64,000 bases of DNA from an uncultured Verrucomicrobiae bacterium (GTDB taxonomy: Bacteria > Verrucomicrobiota > Verrucomicrobiia > Limisphaerales > UBA11358), in the NCBI GenBank assembly GCA_963802965.1, contig CAWDKS010000008.1, positions 160,375-224,374 on the forward strand. The letters run 5' to 3'. Positions 19,932 through 28,877 of this stretch are shown piece after piece. Under the pieces are notes generated by a model. That model saw only the letters and a list, made by a program, of their open reading frames with translations, ran no database searches and was not told the origin of the DNA. The translations under genes and the position numbers were made by a program. Within the stretch, counting starts at the first letter, position 1; every line of letters begins with the position of its first letter.

Positions 19932-20954
19932 TTATTTGCCCGCGGACTCGTCCATCCCATACACCAGGATTTTGAACGTGCCCGGGACCATCCGCCCGCG
20001 GCGCTGGCCCTCCGCCGGAGCCTCGAATTTGGCCGCCGCCAGGTAAATCTTGTGGGTGGCGGGATCAATCGTCATGGTCCGCGAGCCGCGTTGGGTTTCC
20101 AGGGTCTGCACCACGGTGAGCTTGTCCGGCGTGTCCTCATGCGCGATGGTGACCGTGCCGTCGCCACAGGAACTGAACGCCAGGCCGGTGCCGGGATCAA
20201 ACGCACTGGCATCCACGCCCTGTCCGATGGGCACCGAGGCGATGACTTTGCCGCTGGCGCTGTCCATCATCACCATCGTCTTGCTGCCGCCGCAGCCGAG
20301 AAACAGCCGGTGGTTCGCCACGTCAATCGCCATGCCGGAAGCCTCCTCGCCGGGCGTGATGGGCCAGCGGTTCACCACCGCGTGCGTCTTGGTGTTAATC
20401 GCCACCACCTCGCTCTTGTCTTCGAGGTTGTCGTAAACGCGCCCGGCCTTCGGGTCGGCCTGGGCAAACTCCGGCTTGCCACCCAGGGGAATGGTGGCAA
20501 CGACCTTGCCGGCCTTCGCGTCAATCACCGTCGCCGACTGACTGCGTCCATTGAACATGTAAGCCTCCTGCTGCCCCGGCTCGAACAACATGCCGTCAGG
20601 GTTTTGTCCGGTGTCCACCTTGGAAAGTATCTGCAACGTTTTCAGGTCAACGATGGCCGCCTTGTTTTCCCGGCCGCAACTGACAAAGCCGCGTCCCAGC
20701 TCCGGCGCGGGCGCCAGGCCATGCACGCCCGGCGTATTGGTGATGACACCGGCGACCTGGTCCCTGGTGAGGTCAATCACCACCACTTCGGTCCCGTGCG
20801 ATACGTAGAGGCGCTGGCCCGCCGAATCCACGGAGCAGTAATCCCACCCGCCGTCGCTGCCGACGGGGATTTCCTTGATGAAGTGGTAAGGGCCGTCGGC
20901 GCGGCAAACCGCGACGGCGAGACTGAACAGAACTGGCAGAATAATTTTTTTCAA
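19932..20954 (-). CDS. Secreted YncE/YVTN-type beta-propeller repeat protein (distant paralog of 125..1147)
   Basis: 340 aa with a signal peptide (ILPVLFSLAVAVCRA). Same repeat architecture (VVVIDLTRDQV, AAIVDLKTLQI, ATVIDAKAGKV, VVAINTKTHAV) but low identity to the first copy. Confidence 0.7.
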   Translation of the reverse strand: MKKIILPVLFSLAVAVCRADGPYHFIKEIPVGSDGGWDYCSVDSAGQRLYVSHGTEVVVIDLTRDQVAGVITNTPGVHGLAPAPELGRGFVSCGRENKAAIVDLKTLQILSKVDTGQNPDGMLFEPGQQEAYMFNGRSQSATVIDAKAGKVVATIPLGGKPEFAQADPKAGRVYDNLEDKSEVVAINTKTHAVVNRWPITPGEEASGMAIDVANHRLFLGCGGSKTMVMMDSASGKVIASVPIGQGVDASAFDPGTGLAFSSCGDGTVTIAHEDTPDKLTVVQTLETQRGSRTMTIDPATHKIYLAAAKFEAPAEGQRRGRMVPGTFKILVYGMDESAGK

Positions 20955-21077
20955 TGTAAGAATTGGTTTTGATTGAACTTGTCGCGGAAACTTTTGCGCG
21001 TTGTGGCGGTGGCGTCAACAAACAAAGGCCGGCGGTTATTCACAACCGGCCTTTGATTTTGGCGAACCAGTTGGAGG

Positions 21078-21548
21078 TCACTCCTTGTCCTCGCCTTTTT
21101 CCCCTTCTTTCGCTTTTGCGCCGCCCTCGCCGGCTTCCTTCGCTTCGCTTTCCGCTGATTCCTTGTCCACGGAAATCACGTCGCCGGTAACGGCATCCAC
21201 GTTCACCTCCGTGATGTCCTTGGAATCCGGCGTGGCGACGTCAAACGACCATTGCAGCTTGCCGTTTTCCTTCTCCAGTTCGCCTTCCTTGACCGTGCCG
21301 TTGGGCACTTTGGCCAGCGCGGTTTGCTGGGCGGTTTCCTTGCTCACCTTGGCTTCGGCCATGAGCTTGGCCTGTGAGGCTTCCTTGTTTTTAGCTTCGC
21401 CCTTCTCACCTTTCTCGCCCTTTTTCTCCTGTTGCTCGCCCTGCTCACATTTCTTGCCGTGCCCTTTATGGCCCCCATAGTTTATGTTGATGCAGCCGGT
21501 CAACAGGCCGGCGGCCAGCGCGGAACAGATAATCCAGTTAATTTTCAT
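21078..21548 (-). CDS. PepSY-domain lipoprotein with Lys/Glu-rich regions
   Basis: Start at MKINWIICSALAAGLLTGC (lipobox). PepSY-like core: AQQTALAKVPNGTVKEGELEKENGKLQWSFDV...EVNVDAVTGDVISV. Confidence 0.65.
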   Translation of the reverse strand: MKINWIICSALAAGLLTGCININYGGHKGHGKKCEQGEQQEKKGEKGEKGEAKNKEASQAKLMAEAKVSKETAQQTALAKVPNGTVKEGELEKENGKLQWSFDVATPDSKDITEVNVDAVTGDVISVDKESAESEAKEAGEGGAKAKEGEKGEDKE

Positions 21549-21635
21549 AGTTTGGTTTTGAGTTAATGTTTGTTGTTGTGAAAATTCAGACGCCACCATG
21601 AAACCTCCCGGAGATGAACGCCCGCTGAACGGCGG

Positions 21636-21651
21636 ATGACAATTCTGTCAT
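21636..21651. promoter_or_regulatory. 6-N4-6 inverted repeat ATGACA-ATTC-TGTCAT in the divergent PepSY/recA intergenic region
   Basis: Perfect 6-bp arms. About 200 nt upstream of the recA ATG and about 90 nt upstream of the PepSY gene start. Operator role is speculative. Confidence 0.3.
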
Positions 21652-21675
21652 TTGCGCAAGGCGGTGGTTTTGCCT

Positions 21676-21751
21676 GAATGGAGCGCCGGGCACCGCCTCG
21701 ACAAGTTTGAATTGGAAATCACCTTCGAGCCGGGACGGTGCCCGGCGTTCC
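21676..21751. repeat. Palindromic element (family C, GGAGCGCCGGGCACCG arms)
   Basis: Left arm gaatggagcgccgggcaccgcctcgac, right arm cttcgagccgggacggtgcccggcgttcc. A sibling copy lies inside the ABC-F gene at 53729-53794. Confidence 0.8.
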
Positions 21752-21851
21752 AAATTATACCGCTGCCTGCCGCAACCGGCATTTGACTATTCCACCCCGA
21801 TTCATTATCGTCGGCGGGCTGAAAACCCAGCGGCAACCAACGCAAAATTTT

Positions 21852-22889
21852 ATGGCACCCAAAACGGCTGAAAAATCCGCGGCCGAGACCAAAACCGCCA
21901 CGTCGCACTCGCGGGAACTCGAAGCGGCCATCTCCACCATCACCAAAAGTTACGGCGAAGGCAGCATCATGCGCCTTGGCGACGCGCGGGCGCAGGTCAA
22001 AATTGACGTGATTCCGACCGGCGCGCTGGCGCTGGACCTTGCGCTCGGCGTCGGCGGCATCCCGCGCGGCCGGGTCGTGGAAATTTTCGGGCCGGAATCC
22101 TCGGGCAAGACCACGCTCATGCTGCACGTCATCGCCAACGCACAAAAGACCGGCGGACTGGCGGCGTTCATTGACGCCGAACACGCGCTGGATCCGGGCT
22201 ACGCGAAAAAGCTCGGCGTGAACCTCGACGACCTGCTGGTGTCGCAGCCGGACAGCGGCGAGGAGGCGCTGACGATTTGCGAAACGCTCGCCCGCTCGAA
22301 CGCGCTGGACGTCATCGTGATTGACTCCGTGGCCGCGCTGGTGCCGAAGGCTGAACTCGAAGGCGAAATGGGCATGGCCACGATGGGCATGCAGGCGCGG
22401 CTCATGAGCCAGGCGCTCCGCAAGCTCACCGCGATTCTGGCCAAGTCGAAGACGACCTGCATTTTCACCAATCAATTGCGCGAAAAGGTCGGGGTGATGT
22501 TCGGCAATCCCGAAACGACGCCCGGCGGCAAGGCTCTCAAATTTTACGCGAGCGTGCGGCTCGACATCCGCCGCAAGGAAACGCTCAAGGACGCCGCCGG
22601 CAACGCCACCGGCAATCACGTCCGGGTCAAGGTGGTGAAGAACAAGGTCGCGCCGCCGTTTGCCGAGGCCGAGTTTGATATCGTTTACAATCACGGCATC
22701 AACAAGGAAGGCAGCGTTCTCGACGTGGCGATTGAAAACGGCGTTGTGGACAAAAAAGGCGCGTGGCTGCAATTCGAGGGCGAGTTGATTGGCCAGGGAA
22801 AGGAAGCCGCGCAGAAGGCGATGGCCGAAAAACCCGCGCTGGCCAAAAAAATTGTGGATGCTATTCTTGCCAAACGCGCGGCAGCTTAA
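21852..22889 (+). CDS. recA: Recombinase RecA
   Basis: [17 protein letters not shown] (Walker A), [20 protein letters not shown] and [26 protein letters not shown] 21852 chosen over the long upstream extension. Confidence 0.97.
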   Translation: MAPKTAEKSAAETKTATSHSRELEAAISTITKSYGEGSIMRLGDARAQVKIDVIPTGALALDLALGVGGIPRGRVVEIFGPESSGKTTLMLHVIANAQKTGGLAAFIDAEHALDPGYAKKLGVNLDDLLVSQPDSGEEALTICETLARSNALDVIVIDSVAALVPKAELEGEMGMATMGMQARLMSQALRKLTAILAKSKTTCIFTNQLREKVGVMFGNPETTPGGKALKFYASVRLDIRRKETLKDAAGNATGNHVRVKVVKNKVAPPFAEAEFDIVYNHGINKEGSVLDVAIENGVVDKKGAWLQFEGELIGQGKEAAQKAMAEKPALAKKIVDAILAKRAAA

Positions 22890-22910
22890 TGACCGCAAGT
22901 AGTTTCAAGC

Positions 22911-24656
22911 ATGAGCAGTATTTCTGACGTCGAAATTGATCTGGAGAAGCTTTTCCAGCCCGCGTGGGCGCAGGAAAAGCCGTCGGCGAATCGCTACGCG
23001 AAGTTCGCGGGCGAACCCGCCGCGCGCGATGACCGCCAGCGCGAAGGCCGCCGGGGCGGTCCGCGCCGTGAACCGTTCGGCGAGCGCCGCGGCCCGCGTC
23101 CGCCGGGTTCCGGGTCCAAGTTCGGCGACCGTAAACGGGGATTTTCCCCGCGCGAAGACCGGAGCGAACGTCGTGAGCGTCCCGCGCCACCCGCGCCGTT
23201 GCCGGAAATCACCGTCACGTTTTTACCCGACGAAAGAGGCGTCGAGTCTTTGGCGCGCCAGATCAGGGTGACCGGTCGCGCGTTCCCGCTGTTCCAGATT
23301 GCGCAAATCGTCCTGGCGAAACCGGAGCGTTATTCCGTCCAGTTGGACGTGAAGAAAAAACCGGACGGCGCGGTTGCCCAGCCGCTGTTCGCCTGCGCGC
23401 TCGATGACACGCCGTGGTTGAGCGAGGACGAGGCGGTGGCGCACGTGCTGAGAAATCATTTCGCGACGTTTTACCAGGCCGAGCGCACGGCCATCGAGCC
23501 GCCCAAGGGCAAATACACGTTTGTGGCGCAATGCGGCATGAGCGGCGCCATTCTCGGCCCGCCGAACCATCACGATTACCAGAACCAGCTCCGCAAGCTG
23601 CACACCGAGCGTTTTTCCCGGATGCCGTTCGAGGTCTTCAAGGCGCGCATCAAAATTGTCCGTGACGAGGCGGTCGTCAAAAAGTGGGTCGAGGATCAAA
23701 GTTTCACTACCGAATACACCTGTCTCAACGTGCCGGAGCCGCTCAAGCTTCCGAACCGGGAGGAGGTGGAGAAACATTTCCGCGCCGTCCACAAGGACGC
23801 AATCATCAAGCCGGTGGAATCACACGTGGTCGGCGGGGTTTTGAGCCGCAACCTGCGGTGCCGGGAATTGCAGCAGCTCGTGCGCGACGATTGGGAGCGG
23901 CAGAAATATTTTCCGCTGCAACTGGCCACCGGCCTCAGCCGGCAATTCACCGCGCATGGCCTGCATTTCTTCAAGGTCAACCGGACGTTTACCCACGTTT
24001 CCGTCGCCCGCCCGCAATTTCTCGACCTCGAAACCACGCCGGTTTCGGAAAGCATCAAACGCATCGTCGGCCACATCAACGCACATCCGAAATGCACGCG
24101 GCGGCATTTGATTGAAGCCCTCGCGCCGTCGCCAGCGGTCATCCAGATCAAACCCGAAACGCCGGCGCCCACAGTAGTGGCACAGGCGTCCTCGCCTGTT
24201 CGATCCGAAGAAACTCACGGGCAAGATGCCCGTGCCACCACCGCTGCCGCCGCCGAGCCGACACCGGAGCAGACCGCGGTCATCGCCGATTTGCACTGGC
24301 TCGTGCATCAGGGGCACGTGATTGAATTTGCCGACGGCCGGATGGACACGGCCAAAAAACCCGTGCCCAGGCCGCCAAAACCGGAAAAGAAATCCGCCGG
24401 GGAAAAACCCGCCGCGGAAGGCGAAGCCGCTGCCACCGCGGTTGAATCGTCGAGTGAAATTCCGGTTTTGACCGAGGCGGAAATTCCGGCGTCCGAACCG
24501 GAGCCGGTGGCTGAACCGGCACCGGAAGTTCCACCGCCAACGGAAGCTCCGGTCCCCGCAACCGAACCGGCGGCGGCGGTTGAGATCGCACCGGCTGAAT
24601 CCGTCATTACGCCTCCCGATAAAACGACCGAGGAAGCTGTTGAGTCGCCGTCATGA
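22911..24656 (+). CDS. Conserved-looking hypothetical protein with Arg/Gly-rich N-terminus and Pro/Glu/Ala-rich C-terminus
   Basis: 581 aa. N-terminal RGG-like low complexity (REGRRGGPRREPFGERRGPRPPGSG), a roughly 330-aa globular middle and an acidic PEA-rich tail. I recognise no family. Confidence 0.6.
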   Translation: MSSISDVEIDLEKLFQPAWAQEKPSANRYAKFAGEPAARDDRQREGRRGGPRREPFGERRGPRPPGSGSKFGDRKRGFSPREDRSERRERPAPPAPLPEITVTFLPDERGVESLARQIRVTGRAFPLFQIAQIVLAKPERYSVQLDVKKKPDGAVAQPLFACALDDTPWLSEDEAVAHVLRNHFATFYQAERTAIEPPKGKYTFVAQCGMSGAILGPPNHHDYQNQLRKLHTERFSRMPFEVFKARIKIVRDEAVVKKWVEDQSFTTEYTCLNVPEPLKLPNREEVEKHFRAVHKDAIIKPVESHVVGGVLSRNLRCRELQQLVRDDWERQKYFPLQLATGLSRQFTAHGLHFFKVNRTFTHVSVARPQFLDLETTPVSESIKRIVGHINAHPKCTRRHLIEALAPSPAVIQIKPETPAPTVVAQASSPVRSEETHGQDARATTAAAAEPTPEQTAVIADLHWLVHQGHVIEFADGRMDTAKKPVPRPPKPEKKSAGEKPAAEGEAAATAVESSSEIPVLTEAEIPASEPEPVAEPAPEVPPPTEAPVPATEPAAAVEIAPAESVITPPDKTTEEAVESPS

Positions 24657-24782
24657 TAATTTTATCGGAGGGTCGAGTTATACGAGACCAATCGTTTTGA
24701 TTTCAAATTTGGGGGTTGTGTAACTCGCCCCTCCGACCGAATTCCCTGCTTTCATTAATCCGCCATACTGTTAACCTGCCCC

Positions 24783-26021
24783 ATGCCTTTCATTAAGTTG
24801 GGTCTTTCTCCGGCAGTTCTCGAAGGGGTGCGCGCGGCGGGTTACGTCACGCCCACGCCCATCCAACTCCGCGGCATTCCGCTCGTGCTCGCCGGACGCG
24901 ACCTCATCGGCAGCGCGCAAACCGGCACCGGCAAGACCGCCGCGTTCGCGTTGCCCATTCTCACGAAGCTCGGCCAGCACGCGCCCGGTCCGCGCGCGCT
25001 CATTCTCGAACCGACGCGCGAGCTCGCCGCACAGGTGGAAACCGCCATCCACGATTACGCGCGCTTCACCAATTTGAAAACCACCGTCGTTTTCGGCGGC
25101 GTCGGGTACGGGCGGCAAAACGACGAAATGCGCGCCGGCACCGACATCGTCGTCGCCACGCCGGGCCGTTTGCTCGACCATCTCGAACGCGGCACGGTGC
25201 GGCTGGACAAGGTCCAGTTTCTCGTACTCGACGAGGCTGACCGGATGCTGGACATGGGATTTCTTCCGGACGTGCGCCGCATCCTCGACCGCTGCCCGCG
25301 TCAGCGCCACACCGCGCTGTTTTCCGCGACGATTCCGCCGCAGATCGAAACGCTCATCCAATGGGCGATGAAAAATCCGGAAACCATCGAGATCGGCGCA
25401 CGCCGGACGCCGGCTGAAACGGTGAAGCATGTCATTTATCCCGTCTCCGATTCGCAAAAATCCGACCTGCTGCTTCAACTGCTGGCGCGCGTGAATTACA
25501 ACTCGGTGCTCATCTTCTGCCGGACGAAGCACGGCGCGGACCGCATCGCCGGTTTGCTCAAGCGGAACAATCACGCCGTGGCGGTGCTGCATTCCAACCG
25601 CACCCAGCGCGAACGCGAGCAGGCCCTCAAGGGTTTCCGCGACGGACGATTCGAGGTGCTCGTCGCCACGGACATCGCCGCGCGCGGACTCGACATCGCG
25701 GAGGTGAGCCACGTCATCAACTACGACGTGCCGCAGCATCCGGAGGATTATATCCACCGCATCGGGCGCACCGGCCGCGCGGAACACAGCGGTGACGCCT
25801 TCACCATCATGACCGCCGAGGACGCCAGCCACGTGTTTGCCATCGAACGTTTCATCAGCCAGAAAATCCCGCGCGTGAAGCTGGAAAATTTCAACTACAC
25901 CTACACCATGCTGTTTGAGGAAGGAAAACCCGGGCAGCCCAAGGGCGGTTTTCCCGGCAAAGCCCGCGGCGCGCGCGTCCACGGCGGCTACCACTTCGGC
26001 ATGTCCAGACGTCGGCGTTAA
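24783..26021 (+). CDS. DEAD-box ATP-dependent RNA helicase (RhlE-like)
   Basis: Q-motif region, AQTGTGKT, PTRELA, VLDEADRMLDMGF, SAT and HRIGRTGRA. Basic C-terminal tail. Confidence 0.95.
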   Translation: MPFIKLGLSPAVLEGVRAAGYVTPTPIQLRGIPLVLAGRDLIGSAQTGTGKTAAFALPILTKLGQHAPGPRALILEPTRELAAQVETAIHDYARFTNLKTTVVFGGVGYGRQNDEMRAGTDIVVATPGRLLDHLERGTVRLDKVQFLVLDEADRMLDMGFLPDVRRILDRCPRQRHTALFSATIPPQIETLIQWAMKNPETIEIGARRTPAETVKHVIYPVSDSQKSDLLLQLLARVNYNSVLIFCRTKHGADRIAGLLKRNNHAVAVLHSNRTQREREQALKGFRDGRFEVLVATDIAARGLDIAEVSHVINYDVPQHPEDYIHRIGRTGRAEHSGDAFTIMTAEDASHVFAIERFISQKIPRVKLENFNYTYTMLFEEGKPGQPKGGFPGKARGARVHGGYHFGMSRRRR

Positions 26022-27538
26022 TCCAAAAGATGCCGCCGCAGGATGTGAAAAACATCTGTTGATTCAATTTCCTTCGCGCCCAAAAATTCCGGCCGTTCGG
26101 TGATGAACACCGGCCAGTCTTTTTTGTCCGCCGGCCGCCGGCCGTGCGAACCTTTCACCAGCGCCGCATCGAGCGGAACCACGTCCATCAACATCCGGAA
26201 CCCGAGTTTCTTTTGCAGCAGCCGCCAGGCGATTTTCAATTTCGGCAGCAGAATTTTCGGGTCGAGAAACAGTTCCACCGGGTCGTAGCCCGGCTTGCGA
26301 TGGATGTCCACCGTCCGCGCAAAATCCGGCGCATGCGCATCATCGAGCCAGTAATAATAGGTGAACCACGCATTTTCCTCGGCGACGGCAATCAAATCGC
26401 CGGCGCGCGGATGTGCAATGCCCGCCGTAGCTTTTTCAGCCTCACCCAAAACCTTTTCCATGCCGGGAGTCTGTTCCAAAACCACACGCACGGATTTTTC
26501 CAGCGAATTGTCATTCAAGTAAATATGCGCGACCTGATGATCCGCCACGGCAAAAACCCGGCTCGCACCGGCGTCGAGGATTTCCAGACCGAGTTCGTCC
26601 TTCACCGTCAGCCAGCCCCGCTCGCGGAAAACCCTATTCAAATGAATCGGCGTGTCCACGTTCGTGATGCCGTATTCGGAAAGCAACACGACCCGCACGC
26701 CGCGCTGGCTGAAAAATTGGATGAGGTCACCGATAATGGCATCAATCGCCCGCAAATCGGGAATAATGGCGGGATTGATTTTGTAGGAGCCGACGTGAGG
26801 AGGCTCTAATTTATTTCCGATTTCCGATTTCCGATTTCCGATTTTTGAAGTGAGACTCGTTACCTCGTCTCCTACGACAAACGGACCATGCCGTTGCAAA
26901 TTGTAATCGAGATGCGGTAGATAAATCAGGTTCAGCGCCGGCTGATATTTGTTTTCAATCCATTTCGCCGATCCGGCAATCCAGCGCGACGCGGCGTCGG
27001 CCCTGCCTTGAGGCGTGTCCATGCCCGCCGCCGGCCCCCAAAAACCGAAGAACGGAAATTCGCCAAGGTCGCGCTTGATTTCCGTGCGGATGGAATACGG
27101 CCAGGTGTAAATGTCGAAAATCTTCCGGCCATCGGTGGGATACATCGGACGCGGCGTGATGGAATAATCCGCAGTGGAATGCATGTTGAACCACCAGAAC
27201 AGATTTGAAACCGTGAAGCGTGAAGCGTGAAGCGTGAAGCGTTCCCTCAATGTATCCCAGATTTTTGGCTGCTGCACCAGGTGGTTCGACTGCTTCCAGA
27301 ATTGGACCTCGGCAAGCTCGCGGTTGAACCAGCCGTTGCCGACGATGCCGTGCTGCGACGGCGTCTTGCCGGTGAGATAATTCGATTGCGCGGTGCAGGT
27401 GACGGCGGGAAACGCCGGGATGATGGTGGCGGTGGCGCCACCGCCACCACGCCTTTGGAATTCCGCGATGCGCGGGGTGTGTTCGCCGATGAGCGATTCG
27501 GTGAGGCCGACGACGTTGATGACGGCGAGCCGGTTCAT
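26018..27538 (-). CDS. Alkaline-phosphatase superfamily protein (nucleotide pyrophosphatase/phosphodiesterase-like)
   Basis: 506 aa. N-terminal VINVVGLT...PAVTCTAQSNYLTG (metal/nucleophile Thr region) and later LLSEYG. Contains two internal repeat arrays (see repeat features). Confidence 0.7.
   Translation of the reverse strand: MNRLAVINVVGLTESLIGEHTPRIAEFQRRGGGGATATIIPAFPAVTCTAQSNYLTGKTPSQHGIVGNGWFNRELAEVQFWKQSNHLVQQPKIWDTLRERFTLHASRFTVSNLFWWFNMHSTADYSITPRPMYPTDGRKIFDIYTWPYSIRTEIKRDLGEFPFFGFWGPAAGMDTPQGRADAASRWIAGSAKWIENKYQPALNLIYLPHLDYNLQRHGPFVVGDEVTSLTSKIGNRKSEIGNKLEPPHVGSYKINPAIIPDLRAIDAIIGDLIQFFSQRGVRVVLLSEYGITNVDTPIHLNRVFRERGWLTVKDELGLEILDAGASRVFAVADHQVAHIYLNDNSLEKSVRVVLEQTPGMEKVLGEAEKATAGIAHPRAGDLIAVAEENAWFTYYYWLDDAHAPDFARTVDIHRKPGYDPVELFLDPKILLPKLKIAWRLLQKKLGFRMLMDVVPLDAALVKGSHGRRPADKKDWPVFITERPEFLGAKEIESTDVFHILRRHLLD
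26783..26875. repeat. 93-nt palindromic element with a 4 x TTTCCGA core, inside the phosphatase-family CDS
   Basis: Arms gtaggagccgacgtgaggaggctc (26783-26806) and gagactcgttacctcgtctcctac (26852-26875) are inverted relatives. Four perfect TTTCCGA units at 26814-26841. Length is 31 codons, so the frame is kept. Confidence 0.8.
27213..27240. repeat. 4 x GTGAAGC heptamer array inside the same CDS
   Basis: Perfect tandem copies. Encodes RFTLHASRFT on the minus strand. Confidence 0.85.
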
Positions 27539-27551
27539 GGTTTCGCGCAGC

Positions 27552-27605
27552 GTTGGAGTTCACGCTTCAGCGTGTTTTTGGACAAGCCAAAGCTTGAACT
27601 CCAAC
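27552..27605. repeat. Palindromic element (family B, GTTGGAGTTCA-GCTT arms)
   Basis: gttggagttcacgcttcagcgtg ... caagccaaagcttgaactccaac. Intergenic between two minus-strand genes. Sibling at 50995-51052. Confidence 0.8.
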
Positions 27606-27608
27606 CAT

Positions 27609-28784
27609 TCATGTTCGGGTTTGGCCCATGCAACGTTCCCGCAGTTCGTGAATGGCTTCAACGACCTTAGGCAGATTCATTTCGTGAACTTCCACGCCGC
27701 ACCCGATTTCCTTCAAAAGCGTGATGGTCAGTTCGCCGCCGAGGTGTTCGCGGAATTCTTCAAGGCCGTTCAGGATTTGCAGGTGGTCCCCGGCGTCGGC
27801 GTTCAACAATTCATAGGCGAACAATTTGAAGCCAAGCCGCGCGAGCAAATTCAAAATCCGTCCGGCGGACGCCGCGTCCAGCAGGCCGATGTTGCGCGAG
27901 TAAAGCACGTCGAGCGCGATGCCGACGGCGACGGCTTCGCCGTGGCAGATCTGGAAATCGGAGAGCTGCTCCAGTTTGTGCGCCGACCAGTGGCCGAAAT
28001 CGAGCGGACGCGCCGAACCGGTTTCAAACGGGTCGCCGCTCGTGGCAATGTGGTCGAGATGCAATTCGGCGCAGCGATGAATCAATCGCTTCATGGCAGC
28101 CGGCTCGAAGGCCGCCAGCTTGTCCGCCGCGCGCTCGATTTCCTCGAAGAAGGCGCGGTCGCGAATGCAGGCGACCTTGACGGCTTCGACGTAACCGGCG
28201 CGTTTGTCGCGCGGTTCGAGCGTGGCGAGCAGGTTGAAATCGTTGATAACGGCGAACGGCGGCGCGAAGGTGCCGATGAAATTCTTTTTGCCGAAGGCAT
28301 TGATGCCGTTTTTCACGCCGATGCCGGAGTCGGCCTGGCTCAAAGTCGTTGTCGGGATGCGCACGAGGCGCAAGCCGCGGTGCGCGGTGGTGGCGGCAAA
28401 ACCGGCGACGTCCAGCAGCGCGCCGCCGCCGACGGCAATCAGATACGAATGGCGGTCAAGGTGGTGGCGATCAATCTGTGAAAGGATGTCGGTGACCAGC
28501 GTCAGGGAGTTTTTGGCGCTTTCGCCGCCGCAAACGAACAGCGGCGGGCGGACGAGCTGTAGGCGGTCGGCGTGGCTGGAAAAATAGGTTTCGATGCGGG
28601 TTTCGAGTCCGGGCAACGCCTGGGCGAGCGAGTCTTCGAGCACCATCAAAACCTTGCGCCGGGTGGCATCGGCCAGCGCATTTTTCAAAACCGGATTGGC
28701 CGGATTGAAAACGTCTTCGGTGAAAAAGACGCGCAACTGCCAGCCGACCTGAATTTGGCGCTGAATCAAATCCATTGCATCCAA
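27609..28784 (-). CDS. 3-dehydroquinate-synthase-family protein (sugar-phosphate-cyclase-like)
   Basis: 391 aa with GGGALLDVAGFAA (NAD-binding Gly-rich motif), RIPTTTLSQADSG and the metal-binding region HGEAVAVG. Not in an aro context. Confidence 0.75.
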   Translation of the reverse strand: MDAMDLIQRQIQVGWQLRVFFTEDVFNPANPVLKNALADATRRKVLMVLEDSLAQALPGLETRIETYFSSHADRLQLVRPPLFVCGGESAKNSLTLVTDILSQIDRHHLDRHSYLIAVGGGALLDVAGFAATTAHRGLRLVRIPTTTLSQADSGIGVKNGINAFGKKNFIGTFAPPFAVINDFNLLATLEPRDKRAGYVEAVKVACIRDRAFFEEIERAADKLAAFEPAAMKRLIHRCAELHLDHIATSGDPFETGSARPLDFGHWSAHKLEQLSDFQICHGEAVAVGIALDVLYSRNIGLLDAASAGRILNLLARLGFKLFAYELLNADAGDHLQILNGLEEFREHLGGELTITLLKEIGCGVEVHEMNLPKVVEAIHELRERCMGQTRT

Positions 28785-28823
28785 TCTGATACCTTGAATG
28801 GCGCTTTTCGAGTTTTATTTGGC

Positions 28824-28859
28824 AAAAGCAAAAAACCCTCCCGGCGCGAACCGGGAGGG
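28824..28859 (-). terminator. Rho-independent terminator of hppA
   Basis: Minus strand reads CCCTCCCGG-TTCGCG-CCGGGAGGG followed by TTTTTTGCTTTTG, about 20 nt after the hppA stop. Confidence 0.8.
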
Positions 28860-28877
28860 CGCTTGGAGATTCTGTGG

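Noticed and set aside
21648-22898. 416-aa minus-strand ORF opposite recA
   Set aside because: Covers recA exactly on the other strand. RecA motifs are unambiguous on the plus strand, and the antisense product is Arg/Gly/His-rich with no recognisable domain.
24771-25994. 407-aa minus-strand ORF opposite the DEAD-box helicase
   Set aside because: Shadow ORF. All helicase motifs read on the plus strand.
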